Notes under the pieces: model-generated
Seen by the model: the letters and a program-made list of their open reading frames with translations, nothing else
Told to the model about the DNA's origin: nothing
Database searches by the model: none
Program-made: the position numbers and the translations under genes
Shown: piece by piece, positions 21,101-30,264 of the stretch
How positions within the stretch are numbered: the first letter of the stretch is position 1
Layout of the letters: each line of letters begins with the position of its first letter
Source: an uncultured virus (IMG/VR IMGVR_UViG_2061766007_000813)
Lineage: Duplodnaviria > Heunggongvirae > Uroviricota > Caudoviricetes
DNA: 64,000 nucleotides
IMG/VR virus record: IMGVR_UViG_2061766007_000813
Reading direction: 5' to 3' (one strand)

Positions 21101-22687
21101 TGTTAAAACAAGATTTGTGCAACCCAAAAAAGCCTCTTGTCCTATTACAGATATATTGTCATTCAATGAAACAGTAATAAGATTAGTGCATTTATAGAAC
21201 GCTCTTCTTCCAATATTAACAACAGTTGATGGCCATGATACTTCAGTTATATTAGTTTCTTGAAACAGATAAAGAGGAATTGTCTGCAAAACATGATTGA
21301 AGGTAACATAACCAGTCCCGTTTTCAAACGTATGGGATATAATATTGCTTGTGTCAGCCGATGAATAGAAAGTCACCTGCCCCGAAGCCTTGTACTCTAT
21401 GACATTATTAGTCAATGCACAATCATATATTATCGTCGCATTCGTTGCACCCCACGGTGCATTCGCCACATCGCCTTCATGCCACGGGCAGTAGATTGTC
21501 TCAAGATTTGTGCAACCCGAAAAAGCCGTGTCACTTACCGTAATATTTTTTGAGTTGAACGTAATTTCCGTGATGTTACTGCAATTTGCAAACGCATCGT
21601 TCCCTATGGAAGTTATTTCACCTGGAATCGATGAAAACGACACCTCCGTATTTTTAAATGCTGAAGCAGGTATGCTTGTAAGTCTTAACGGAAGTTCCGT
21701 GAACCTTGCCTGATTGCAATTCAGAAACGCCGAGTCTCCAAGTAAACCAAGACATTTAGGCAACTTGTCGAAAACAACGTCAGTGCAATTCTCAAATGCA
21801 TTTCTATCAATAGTAGAAAGTCTTTCTGGAAACACCACATTGTTCAATCCAGTACAACCATAAAATGCAAATCCCGATATTGTAGTCAACATATATGGGA
21901 ATTCAGACAGCGTAAGGTTGGTGCATCCACGGAAAGCTCCTTCTCCAATCGACGTTATCCTGTCTGGAAGATAAGTCAACGCAAGGCTTGTATGGTCAAA
22001 GGAATAACCTCCAATGCTTGTCAACTTGCTTGGCAAGTAAGTCAAAGCAAGTTTTGTACAACGTTCAAAAGAAGACCACGGAATAGTAGTCCATGATTCT
22101 GGAAGGGAATCCAAGTCAATGTTACTGCAATTACAAAATGTATAATTATTAATCTTCAGTCCTTCTGAAAGTGAAGTCAAGGCAAGATTTGTACAGCCAT
22201 CAAAAGCATATGAACCAAGATTGGTCAATCCATCTGGCAATTCCGTCAAAGCAAGATTCGTACAACCACTAAATGCATTAGTTCCAACTGTCGTCAAATC
22301 ATCTGGCAATTTTTCAAGCTCAAGATGGCTACAAGATTGAAAAGCATTATTTCCAATTGTCGTAATGTCTTCTGGCATTACTACTCTTGTCAACGCAGTA
22401 CAATTCCGAAAAGAATTCAAACCTATGGAAGCAACCGTTTCTGGCAGAATGACAGAAGTTATGACTTTATTGTTATTATTGTAGAACAAATTGTCTACTA
22501 TGGCTTCAACATCCGAGTCATACACGATAACACCTTTCTTTCCGTCAAACGTATGGTCAACGACACCAGTACCATTATTCAGCGTCGCCTTGGACGGGCT
22601 GTAATACCAGATTTCATTGTTGGCTGGCAGGAAAGACAAGCTGCCCTGATTTCCGTATGAAAGAAACATGAATTTCCAAAGCGTCAT
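18107..22687 (-). CDS. Giant BspA-type (LRR_5) leucine-rich repeat protein
   Basis: 1526 aa; many LxxIGxxAFxxCxxL repeats in several blocks, with three APWGA caps. Confidence 0.85.
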   Translation of the reverse strand: MTLWKFMFLSYGNQGSLSFLPANNEIWYYSPSKATLNNGTGVVDHTFDGKKGVIVYDSDVEAIVDNLFYNNNNKVITSVILPETVASIGLNSFRNCTALTRVVMPEDITTIGNNAFQSCSHLELEKLPDDLTTVGTNAFSGCTNLALTELPDGLTNLGSYAFDGCTNLALTSLSEGLKINNYTFCNCSNIDLDSLPESWTTIPWSSFERCTKLALTYLPSKLTSIGGYSFDHTSLALTYLPDRITSIGEGAFRGCTNLTLSEFPYMLTTISGFAFYGCTGLNNVVFPERLSTIDRNAFENCTDVVFDKLPKCLGLLGDSAFLNCNQARFTELPLRLTSIPASAFKNTEVSFSSIPGEITSIGNDAFANCSNITEITFNSKNITVSDTAFSGCTNLETIYCPWHEGDVANAPWGATNATIIYDCALTNNVIEYKASGQVTFYSSADTSNIISHTFENGTGYVTFNHVLQTIPLYLFQETNITEVSWPSTVVNIGRRAFYKCTNLITVSLNDNISVIGQEAFLGCTNLVLTKLPDDLTIIEDGSFSMNSSIAFSEMPNNIMQLLPWTFYKCNSLTTVVFPFRLKVLEGNTFKACANLSAVVLTGIPDTLGVSIFMDCGRLGEAYVPWDKEYGDANDFNNKFHNAKRIVYNYVLPHTIGYFADSKVILYDDTGVVDHDFLGGYGRIVFSSDVTTLGAVLRNTAVTKVLLPDTLTTVDDNAFNGCTNLSSVRLPLLVTSVGANAFKDCTSLVEIIFDHEIPSISSTAFTGCTNLERIYCAWYEGDVANAPWGAQSTTEIIYQYLPSNVVKYKASEQITPYTLIKVFSHSFSNGEGIITYAEDLTEMPATFRGSAVTEISLPDSITIIGEHAFRACTSLTTINLPEGLTNIKQYGFGGCQNLNLASLPSSLTSIEQYAFQGCTNLALTSLPNGLTSIGQYAFQNCTNLALTSLSSSLTSIGQYAFQNCTNLALISLPSEITSIGQYAFQNCKNIALTSLSNGLTSIGRSAFQNCTSLALTSLPNGITSIGLDAFSGCPNIALTSLPNSITSISGGAFKDCKNLALTSLPNELTGLGNYAFSGCTNLALTSLPSGITRLEPYTFSGCTNLALTSLPNGLTSIGNNAFQNCKNLAFTSLPDGITSIGSNAFNGCTSLALTSLPNGLTSIEQNAFLSCPNLALTSLPNSITSIGNGAFRDCTSLALTSLPNELTSIGNNAFYYCKNIALTSLPSGVTSIGQYAFRDCTNLALTSLPSGITSIGQYAFYNCKNITLTSLPSGLTNIEQYAFNGCTSLALTSLPNELTSIGQYAFTSCANLAFTSLPSGVTSIGQGAFKYCSNLALTSLPSGLTSIAKETFWDCKNLALTSLPDGITSISLDGFYNCEKMPMASLPSSLTSLGSCAFQNCYKATFSSLPESLTSIGERAFENCSLITVSAVPSGVTALAQKTFNGCNSIPYMVLPSGITTVGNLAFNNCKAMTYITFSSQPTSIATNAFSSCSNLATINAPWSSGAVSGAPWGAPNTTTIVYDYTV
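18554..20002 (-). repeat. 21 consecutive 69-bp (23-aa) LRR units
   Basis: NLALTSLPxxxTSIGxxAFxxCx units counted in the translation. Confidence 0.85.
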
Positions 22688-22702
22688 ATACCAATTCCTC
22701 TT

Positions 22703-23464
22703 TTAAGCTACGCCACTGCTACTGCTGCTGGAATCATCCGCCACGCCCTGAACCACAGGCATGATTGTCCACCTGTGAAGCAGGTTTTCCCATCTGCAAA
22801 GGAATACAATCACTGTGTGCTCTTCTGAAATCGTGGGTTCGGTCAACGGGACAACAATTTCGTTGTTCCCGTCTATGAACAGGTAACTGTACGAATTCCC
22901 AGAAAACAACACGGACAGCACGATTTCATGCGTCACGGTTTCATCCGTCACGTTCGAAAGGTAGTACACAGGCTGTGAATTCGCCTGCGGACGGTGCTGG
23001 TACACGCCTTCAACCGAAAGTTCGTACTCGTTCACCTCGGACGGTATCGTGACTATCTCATGCCTATATCCGCCTGGAATCGTGATATTACCGAACAAAT
23101 ACGGGACATTGACACTGGACGATGGCTGTTCGCTGGGAGACAAGTCGTTGATTGGAGCTGCATATGTAACAACAACCATCCAATATTCCCCATCGTTCAC
23201 AGGTATGTAGTTCGTCTGGAAATCAAGCGTGAACGTGGTCGGAGACAGAATTGTTACTAATGGATGCACTTGCTCACCATGATAGTCAAACACAATGACT
23301 GATGGAATGCAGTTCAAAGAATGAGTCACCGTCGCCACACCATTGTTCCACGTAACATATTCGCTGTTTTCAGACGTAAGCTCGCGGACAACGGACATAG
23401 GCTGACTGCTCTGCCCAGCAGTCAACTGTCTTCCATCGAAAAAACTGATATCATTAACGCGCAT
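22703..23464 (-). CDS. Putative virion structural protein
   Basis: 253 aa; VTHSLNCIPSVIVFDYHGEQVHP beta-module of a type seen in phage fibre/decoration proteins. Confidence 0.65.
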   Translation of the reverse strand: MRVNDISFFDGRQLTAGQSSQPMSVVRELTSENSEYVTWNNGVATVTHSLNCIPSVIVFDYHGEQVHPLVTILSPTTFTLDFQTNYIPVNDGEYWMVVVTYAAPINDLSPSEQPSSSVNVPYLFGNITIPGGYRHEIVTIPSEVNEYELSVEGVYQHRPQANSQPVYYLSNVTDETVTHEIVLSVLFSGNSYSYLFIDGNNEIVVPLTEPTISEEHTVIVFLCRWENLLHRWTIMPVVQGVADDSSSSSSGVA

Positions 23465-23532
23465 GAATTACATCCTCTTCATATATAAATTCTTTTTCTT
23501 TATTTTACCTCCCAGACAAGCGCAAAACAAAG

Positions 23533-23567
23533 AAAAAACCATACCCATTATAATGAATATGGATTTT
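23533..23567 (-). terminator. Terminator-like hairpin with TATAAT at its apex
   Basis: Minus strand CCATATTCATTA|TAATGGGTATGG-TTTTTT with G-U pairs. Confidence 0.45.
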
Positions 23568-23596
23568 ATCAACAAAAAGTAACTTCTTACCTTTAA

Positions 23597-24223
23597 TCAA
23601 GCATGCTTACCGCAATTCTGGCAATCATGACTATCGCATTGGCATGCGTCATTGAGCTTGCCAGACACATTTTTATAAAGCTCGATGAACTTCTCGTCTC
23701 CTTTTTGCTTGTTCAAGATGGCATTCATGAATTCATAATGGGGACAGTCGATTTTAGGTTCCTCATTTGAAGAGTGGTCGCATTTGTTGCACTGACCGCA
23801 GAGCATCGTCTTATAATAAATCAGGGGGCGTTCCTTATGAGGGAGGACTTCCATGACATCGATAATCCTGACAGTGACAGCACGACCGCCATTGAAATCA
23901 TCGTCGCATTGAATCTTGCAAAAGCCCTGCGTATTGCTCACCGCATCCACCCAACCGCATTCAACATGAGGCTCGCATCCATTGTACTCGAATAGGTACT
24001 TGACGTAACACCCGCCCCAGAGATTGAATATCGAACGGGTGAAACTCCGCTTGAAAATATAGAACTGGAAGCTCCTGACATCCTTCGACAAATCCTCATA
24101 CTCTTCTGGGAGTAGTCCGAGCAACTCATTGTCCTTGTCACCTTCCTTCCTGTTCTGTTCAAGCCACGCCTTCCAGTCCTTCGGCTCGGCTTCGTTTTTC
24201 ATGCACATCTCAATATAGGTCAT
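23597..24223 (-). CDS. Hypothetical protein with a Cys-rich C-terminus
   Basis: 208 aa; CGQCNKC...CPH and CQCDSHDCQNC. Confidence 0.65.
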   Translation of the reverse strand: MTYIEMCMKNEAEPKDWKAWLEQNRKEGDKDNELLGLLPEEYEDLSKDVRSFQFYIFKRSFTRSIFNLWGGCYVKYLFEYNGCEPHVECGWVDAVSNTQGFCKIQCDDDFNGGRAVTVRIIDVMEVLPHKERPLIYYKTMLCGQCNKCDHSSNEEPKIDCPHYEFMNAILNKQKGDEKFIELYKNVSGKLNDACQCDSHDCQNCGKHA

Positions 24224-24241
24224 CGTACTTGTACTCCAATT

Positions 24242-25624
24242 TTATTTTTTAAACGCCTTGTCGAAGAATTCCTTCAATTCGCCTTGGAACTTCCCGTCAA
24301 TCCATGCACACAGGCACTCGGACACGAATTCCTCCAAGTCCGCAAGTGCATAATTGGAAGGGATGCCATTAGCTTCATACAGGAAGTCAACCCCGTTTAT
24401 CTTCTTTATCTTGTCCTTCAACGAACCAAGGTTTCTGAGGTCAAGCATACTGTCCTTAGATTTTAAAATAATGCGGTTCGGTTTCGATTCCTCAACGGTC
24501 AGAACAGACCCATTCTCCAGCTCAACCGTATCACCTTTCTTCAATGACGAGAAATGACGTTTTTTCGTTTCATAAGCTTTGTTGAATTCTTCCTTCTGGC
24601 TTTCACTCATGTATTTATAATAATACCTGTGACCAAGCTCATGTATGAAGGCTTGTTCGGCATTGCTTACGTCCAAGCCAAGTTCATACACGGTCACTAA
24701 GTCTCGCCTCATGTCGTAGGACATGCCGAAAGACATTCCCGATTCATGAACAGGCTTGCCAGGCAAGACATCCCCGTACAAGAGAAACGACAGACCGACC
24801 GATTCAAGTTTCCGAGATGCACGGGAAATCCCCACGACAACTCCACTGTTTTCTCCAAGAAGGCGTTTCAACACCTCCATGTTCAAGCCAGAAGGTGTTT
24901 CCTGCGCATCCGAATTCTCATTGAACAAGGCGTTCACCTGTTCCTTGGTCATCTGACCGTGAGTGTTGAAATCATACGCCGTCAGAAAAGTAATCTTCCA
25001 ATTCGGGATATCGTCTTTAGTTGCCTGCGTTTTTCTGTAGTTGAACAATCCCGTCTTAAATTCATATGTGTCATTGACATCCTCTCTGTTCAGTACCATG
25101 TCAAATACTTTTCTGACGATTTCGTTCTGGTTCTCACGGTTTTTACAGACCAGCTTCATCGAGGGGAATTTGAATTCGACAAATTCTTCAAAAGTGCCAC
25201 GGTCATACAAATCCCGCGCTTGTTCTGGATTTTCCTCATATTCCTTTTTCACCCTGTCCAGATACCCGTTGGAAATCGCCTTCTTCTTTCTTGATTCATT
25301 CTCAAGCATCAAATCCTGCAACAATGAGTTGGAAATGGAATGGGTTTTCGATTTCGCGCTTTTCAGTATCGGACTTATGCATCGGTCGTCCATCATGATG
25401 CGCAAAAAGGAAATGTCAAAATGTTCATTGCTTTTCGGAACACCGTTTTCAATCGTGTATCTTTCAATCCATCCGTTCTGAATGTTGCGCATGACGACAA
25501 TTGTAACAGCGTCGCTGACATTCTTGACCGCATACTCATTACCATTCCTATCATATACTCCATGTGCTACAAGATTTTTAGCAAGTCTGACAAGTTCCTT
25601 CGCTATCCTGATATTTTTTTTCAT
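24242..25624 (-). CDS. Zincin-like (HExxH) metallopeptidase with the N-terminal tag
   Basis: MKKNIRIAKELVRLAKNLVA; HELGH at 24629-24643; PSNYALADLEEFVSECL. Confidence 0.75.
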   Translation of the reverse strand: MKKNIRIAKELVRLAKNLVAHGVYDRNGNEYAVKNVSDAVTIVVMRNIQNGWIERYTIENGVPKSNEHFDISFLRIMMDDRCISPILKSAKSKTHSISNSLLQDLMLENESRKKKAISNGYLDRVKKEYEENPEQARDLYDRGTFEEFVEFKFPSMKLVCKNRENQNEIVRKVFDMVLNREDVNDTYEFKTGLFNYRKTQATKDDIPNWKITFLTAYDFNTHGQMTKEQVNALFNENSDAQETPSGLNMEVLKRLLGENSGVVVGISRASRKLESVGLSFLLYGDVLPGKPVHESGMSFGMSYDMRRDLVTVYELGLDVSNAEQAFIHELGHRYYYKYMSESQKEEFNKAYETKKRHFSSLKKGDTVELENGSVLTVEESKPNRIILKSKDSMLDLRNLGSLKDKIKKINGVDFLYEANGIPSNYALADLEEFVSECLCAWIDGKFQGELKEFFDKAFKK

Positions 25625-25998
25625 TATCCCAGCCCCTCTATTTTTCCTTTCACATAGACTTTGATAATGCTTGTCGCCTTGGAAAGAGCCGTCCCGTCTG
25701 GGAATATCAAGGATAGGTTTTTCAGTTGCTTCATCTTCTCAATCCCCTGTTTCAAACTCAAACCAGCCGTATCAGCAAAATCCCGTGGGCTTACATTCGT
25801 CAGTTGCCACAGGTCGTCCATCGTCGCCGTCGGCGGGACTTCCTCTTCTTCAAGAAATTGCGTGTTCGTGCATGTCCACGCCACCAACGCCTCCATTAAC
25901 GCGACGTTTTTCGGATTTGTAAGACTCACGAACTTTTCCAGCGTCACTGAATTCTCGTACTCTTCTTTTAACTTCCTAAGCCTGTCTATGGCTCTCAT
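25624..25998 (-). CDS. Hypothetical protein with an HTH-like segment
   Basis: 124 aa; SPRDFADTAGLSLKQGIEKMKQL; its stop overlaps the next start (TAATG). Confidence 0.6.
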   Translation of the reverse strand: MRAIDRLRKLKEEYENSVTLEKFVSLTNPKNVALMEALVAWTCTNTQFLEEEEVPPTATMDDLWQLTNVSPRDFADTAGLSLKQGIEKMKQLKNLSLIFPDGTALSKATSIIKVYVKGKIEGLG

Positions 25999-26013
25999 AT
26001 CGTACTCCTTGTC

Positions 26014-26670
26014 TTATTTATCCATCATTTTTTCAATATTCGGGCGTTCCTTCGAGAAATCATTTTTGTTGTCTTCACCTGGTCTGTGCGTCCTTCCCAT
26101 TCCGATATCAACTTCAGAAATCTTTTCCTTCGCCACAACGCACATCCTTGTATAATATTCCTCTGGAATCCCATACATCTCCATCATATTTCTGGATTCA
26201 CCGATATTGCAATAATACCCGTTTTTCTTGGCAAATGATGAAAGGAACGTAACTGACTGCTCATTGCAGTCAGCCAGAAGGACATATCCATCCTCCACTT
26301 TCTTTTTAAGCAATTTGAAGAGATTCGCAATATCCCTCATGTCAGAAGGCATGATATGGTGCTTTTCCGCAACCAACGCCATGAGGAAAATGGATTTATG
26401 GTCTTCATCAACAGCATATTTCAATACAATGTTCCCGTTGCCCATCGTGCCATGTACGGGAAATATCTGCTCCGACATGTGACCGCTCATAATAATCATT
26501 TTAGCCACCATGTCTGGAAACAGTTCCCTGACAATTTTCTCATATTGCCTATTGTACTTTGCATTTGAATTGTCGGAATCCTCTCCCAAGTCATCTGTGA
26601 ATGTGGCTCTTCCAACAAGTTCCCTAGCCATCCCAATCAACTGCTTAGCAATCCTGATATTGTTTTTCAT
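26014..26670 (-). CDS. Tagged hypothetical protein, possibly GNAT-like
   Basis: Start MKNNIRIAKQLIGMARELVG at 26670; LADCNEQSVTFLSSFAKKNGY weakly resembles GNAT motif B. Confidence 0.6.
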   Translation of the reverse strand: MKNNIRIAKQLIGMARELVGRATFTDDLGEDSDNSNAKYNRQYEKIVRELFPDMVAKMIIMSGHMSEQIFPVHGTMGNGNIVLKYAVDEDHKSIFLMALVAEKHHIMPSDMRDIANLFKLLKKKVEDGYVLLADCNEQSVTFLSSFAKKNGYYCNIGESRNMMEMYGIPEEYYTRMCVVAKEKISEVDIGMGRTHRPGEDNKNDFSKERPNIEKMMDK

Positions 26671-26711
26671 AACGGTTTTCCTTTTTATAAACATAATAAA
26701 ATTCCAATTCA

Positions 26712-26737
26712 ATTATACCATGCTTATAAACAAAAAA
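26712..26737 (-). promoter_or_regulatory. Putative phage promoter (TTTTGTTTAT-N8-TATAAT)
   Basis: Minus strand TTTTTTGTTTATAAGCATGGTATAAT; the motif recurs in other intergenic gaps. Confidence 0.5.
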
Positions 26738-26767
26738 GCCGTTAGGGAAATTTCCCTAACGGCTTTT
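26732..26767. terminator. Intrinsic terminator (perfect palindrome)
   Basis: aaaagccgttagggaaa|tttccctaacggctttt. Confidence 0.75.
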
Positions 26768-26778
26768 NNNNNNNNNNN

Positions 26779-27958
26779 CAGTCACGACGGACTTGATTTT
26801 GTTCACGTTCTGACCACGACTGCAATCCTTTCCAGCAATCGTGTACTTGAACTTCGTGGATTTTCCAATCATCTTGCGGATGATGTCAACGAACTTGCTG
26901 GACGATGTGAACGTCAGGTAGTGATTCCCGTCGTTGTCATCGAAGCAGATGCCCCATGCGTTGCCCCATTGATTCGCGAACGGGAAGTAACGCCTCGGAG
27001 TCAGCATGCCAGTCACGACAGCTCCGACTTCCCCGACGAAATCGCCAGCGGTCGTCGAACCAGCGGGTTTCTGCTTACCGTCGTCGGTCATCGACCTGAA
27101 CACTGCCCATCCAGCGATTCCAGCCCATTGGAGAGGAACAAAGTCGCCGTTCACAATCTTTCGGGAGTTCACGCTCAGGTCGTCGTACTTGAACATGTGG
27201 TTCCAGTAATGACGGCACTTCTCAATCTGCTCTTCCACGTTCTCAACGGTCGGAACAACCATGTCGGCTTTGCCGAAGAAGACTTTGTTCAAATCGTCTT
27301 TTAGCTTCGCTGCCGTCGAGAACTTCGGGTCTTGACGCTGACTTTCAATCTTCGTCTTGTTCCAGACCGTGAAATTATGCGTCGCTTCCTTCACCATGCA
27401 GTAGAAGGACTCGATGCTGATGCCGATGATTTCCTTGTCGAGGTCAACCGAGCCAGCGGAACGCTCGAACTGGGTCGCATCGCCGAGGGCGAGGAGCAGG
27501 TCATAGACCTTGAAGCCGAGGAAAGCGTCCACGCACGTGGAGCCGACAACGACCAGCTTGTTCTCAGGGTCGCGGAAGTAGAAGTAGCCATTGCGGTTCT
27601 TGATGTTCTTACCGCAGTGGTCGCACCGCATGTTCTTCTCGTTGACTTCAAGCTCGTCCTTGATGTCGTTGGACTGCATGGTGCGGTACCACTTGCCGTC
27701 GAGACGGCGGTATTCGCCGATGAAACGGTAGCCTTGCATGCCGATGATTTCATCGGGGATGGACAGGGAGTATTCCTTGCCCTTGACGGAGTAATGGAGA
27801 TTGGATGAACCAACCTTGATGTCGATGTCGCATTCGCCGATGAAGACAGGGCTGATTTCGGCGAAGCCAGAAGCCTTCAAGCAACGGTTGAACTTCTTCA
27901 TGAGTTTTTCGAATTCGGCTTCTTTCGTGGGACGGACTTTGAAGGTCATGGTAGGCAT
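26779..27958 (-). CDS. Conserved phage protein with a Zn ribbon and a C-terminal OB-like domain (3' end lies in an N-gap)
   Basis: Start MPTMTFKVRP with AAGGAG SD; CDHC...VGSTC; FVGEVG; third codon positions are more GC-rich than in neighbours. Confidence 0.65.
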
Positions 27959-28024
27959 GGTGTCGCTCCTTTGGGTTGGGTTTCTTGTCTTCGGGATTTT
28001 CACCCGCTTTCATTGTCAACACAC

Positions 28025-28054
28025 ATAATATACACCCGAAACGACCGAATGCAA
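28025..28054 (-). promoter_or_regulatory. Sigma70-like promoter
   Basis: TTGCAT-N18-TATTAT (or N16-TATATT) with a T-rich upstream element, just after a terminator. Confidence 0.55.
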
Positions 28055-28074
28055 CTGAAAAGATATAAAAAAAT

Positions 28075-28108
28075 AAAAAAAGCCGAAGAATTTTTCTTCT
28101 TCGGCTTT
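28075..28108. terminator. Intrinsic terminator
   Basis: aaaaaaagccgaagaa-tttttc-ttcttcggcttt. Confidence 0.75.
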
Positions 28109-28135
28109 GATTCTATTTAAATGTCTTTAGGATTA

Positions 28136-28630
28136 TCAGAATTTAGTCCTTGAATTGACCGTACCGCTGTCGTCTGAATCATCTGGTTTTTCAAGCCTCT
28201 CGTCATCCTCATCGACAATAATATACCCGTTGTCGGCAATCCAGTCATTGATGTTCATGGAGGCAACCGTGTCATCCCCTTCCTTCATGCCGTTCATGTA
28301 TTCCTCAAGAAGCTTCTGATACGCCTGCTCCTGAGTAATGTACTTGGGAGGATTCGGATACAGTTTGTGGGATATGATGTCCATGCAGTCATTGCATTTC
28401 ATCAGCGTGTTGATGAGGATGTTCCACGAATCCATCTCCTTCTCCTCCTCACCGTTTTCCAAGAATGCCTCGCTCGCCGTAAAATCACCCAGATTGTCAA
28501 GAGTCAAACTGAAAAGCTCCTTTTCATCCTCATGCTCTTCGGGAATCATATCCCTGATGTCAGCAAGAAGCTTTTTGCATACATTGATTCTTTCTTTCCA
28601 AGTCATCTTTCTTCCTCCACGAATGTTCAT
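28136..28630 (-). CDS. Acidic hypothetical protein
   Basis: 164-aa ORF; the internal MTWKER start with GGAGG SD is also possible. Confidence 0.65.
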   Translation of the reverse strand: MNIRGGRKMTWKERINVCKKLLADIRDMIPEEHEDEKELFSLTLDNLGDFTASEAFLENGEEEKEMDSWNILINTLMKCNDCMDIISHKLYPNPPKYITQEQAYQKLLEEYMNGMKEGDDTVASMNINDWIADNGYIIVDEDDERLEKPDDSDDSGTVNSRTKF

Positions 28631-29397
28631 AAGACCTTAATCACCTTCTTCTTATGGCTTTNNNNNNNNNNNNNNNNNNNNNNNNNNNNGTCATCCACAT
28701 AGAACAGGCACATGCCCCAGTCCGTAAGACCGACGCACTGGCGTGCGCCATACTTCGTTTCGCTTGACTGCAACGCTGGAAGCGTGAACGCATGCCAGTT
28801 GGACTCGCCACAGAACGAGAAGTAATGCACATGGGAACGCACATAGACATCAGCAGACTTGCTGTTCGTCCTCAATGCCTCGATAGCATCCCACAGGCGA
28901 TGCCTTCCGACTGGCATAGCCCTATTATACGGACTGCTCGATGAACCGACCTTGTGCTTGACATTGAAGACCAGTCCTTCGACATCGACATTGAGTTCAT
29001 CCTGAATAGGGGCATTCATCCTGTCGGAAACCTCCTTGTCGAAGTCCTCGCCGTTCGGGGAAGCCGTGTGGTAAGGCGTGCCATACGTGAACATCAGTTG
29101 CTTCGCATCGATTTCACTCAGGACTTTCACAGCCATGTCGCATTGCTCGAACATGTCGGATGTAATCTGCTCCGTACTTCCTGAACGAGTGCCTTTTCCA
29201 TCGATGACATCGCCGTTCACGACAAGCGCATCGACTTTGCCAAACCCGTCGCACATTTCGAGGTAGTTGTCCCACATCTCCTTCTGGAGATTCGCGTAAA
29301 ACGCATTCCTGCCCTTCGACACGAACCAGTCTGGATGCGTGATACCGCATATCGACCCGCAATGCAAATCGCCGATAATCAAAATTTTCTTACTCAT
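28627..29397 (-). CDS. Calcineurin-like metallophosphoesterase (N-gap near the 3' end)
   Basis: GDLH, NGDVIDG, GTPYH, KH and RSHVH motifs. Confidence 0.8.
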   Translation of the reverse strand: MSKKILIIGDLHCGSICGITHPDWFVSKGRNAFYANLQKEMWDNYLEMCDGFGKVDALVVNGDVIDGKGTRSGSTEQITSDMFEQCDMAVKVLSEIDAKQLMFTYGTPYHTASPNGEDFDKEVSDRMNAPIQDELNVDVEGLVFNVKHKVGSSSSPYNRAMPVGRHRLWDAIEALRTNSKSADVYVRSHVHYFSFCGESNWHAFTLPALQSSETKYGARQCVGLTDWGMCLFYVDDXXXXXXXXXXSHKKKVIKVL

Positions 29398-29424
29398 TCT
29401 ACTTGTTCCCTGTACTTTTATTTC

Positions 29425-29748
29425 CTACAGAATCTTCTTTGCAAGGACATCTGGCACTCGGACGAATCCGAATGCCGAGACTATCCAAGGCTCGTCGTCA
29501 AAAACAATGATGTCGCCCAGATTCATCGTCCGCGTCTGCTTTTTCTTCCTCTTGTCAATCGACAGGACGGAATAATGGCGGAATACGGCGTTGAGCGAAT
29601 CAGCCTGACCGTGCCCAATCATATTATACTTCCATGAAACGATTTTCAGCCCGTTCTCGCACCAGTCGATACTCCTGTTGAGAGAACACGTCAGCATGCA
29701 CTCCATTCGGTTCGCATTGTCGATGTAATATACCCTGTAACTTTTCAT
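29425..29748 (-). CDS. YodL-like domain protein
   Basis: C-terminal RTMNLGDIIVFDDEPWIVSAFGF resembles the YodL SxSDxxV...DxxGF pattern. Confidence 0.5.
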   Translation of the reverse strand: MKSYRVYYIDNANRMECMLTCSLNRSIDWCENGLKIVSWKYNMIGHGQADSLNAVFRHYSVLSIDKRKKKQTRTMNLGDIIVFDDEPWIVSAFGFVRVPDVLAKKIL

Positions 29749-30155
29749 CGCTTCAAACAGTATCCCTTCACAACAAGCCTCATTGTCTTCGTCTTCCTGT
29801 AGAACCTGAATGCGAGGACGTTCTTCGGAACTATGTCGAACACATACTTCGTCACCGTCTTCTTCAGGGTTTTACTGTTTTTGACAACCTTCCTAGTGTA
29901 CTGCCTGACTATGACATTGCTCAGTTCCTTGTCGAATTCCTCCATGAGGGACTTGAGAAAATCATAGTCAATCGGGGCTTCGTCTATCCAGACCTGTTCT
30001 GGCGGGACGAATTCGAACAAGCCAAGATAATTGCCTATCTTCTTCCCGTGTCCATTGTCCGACTCCCCGACCTTCACAAGCTTTTTCAAATTGAGCTTGT
30101 GGAAACCTGATTTGAATATCTGCAAGAAATCTTCTTTTTCCATTTTCCAAGGCAT
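29745..30155 (-). CDS. Hypothetical basic protein
   Basis: 136-aa ORF with an ATGA overlap to the next gene. Confidence 0.65.
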   Translation of the reverse strand: MPWKMEKEDFLQIFKSGFHKLNLKKLVKVGESDNGHGKKIGNYLGLFEFVPPEQVWIDEAPIDYDFLKSLMEEFDKELSNVIVRQYTRKVVKNSKTLKKTVTKYVFDIVPKNVLAFRFYRKTKTMRLVVKGYCLKR

Positions 30156-30212
30156 CCCTTTCTTATAAAACTATCATGCACTTAATTTATGCAGTTTTAT
30201 AAATGGAAATTC

Positions 30213-30247
30213 AAAAAACGGCAATCACCGAGGCGAGTGATTGCCGT
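30213..30247 (-). terminator. Intrinsic terminator
   Basis: acggcaatcac / gtgattgccgt stem plus U-tract after the clamp gene. Confidence 0.75.
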
Positions 30248-30264
30248 GAATCATGTTGTTCAAA

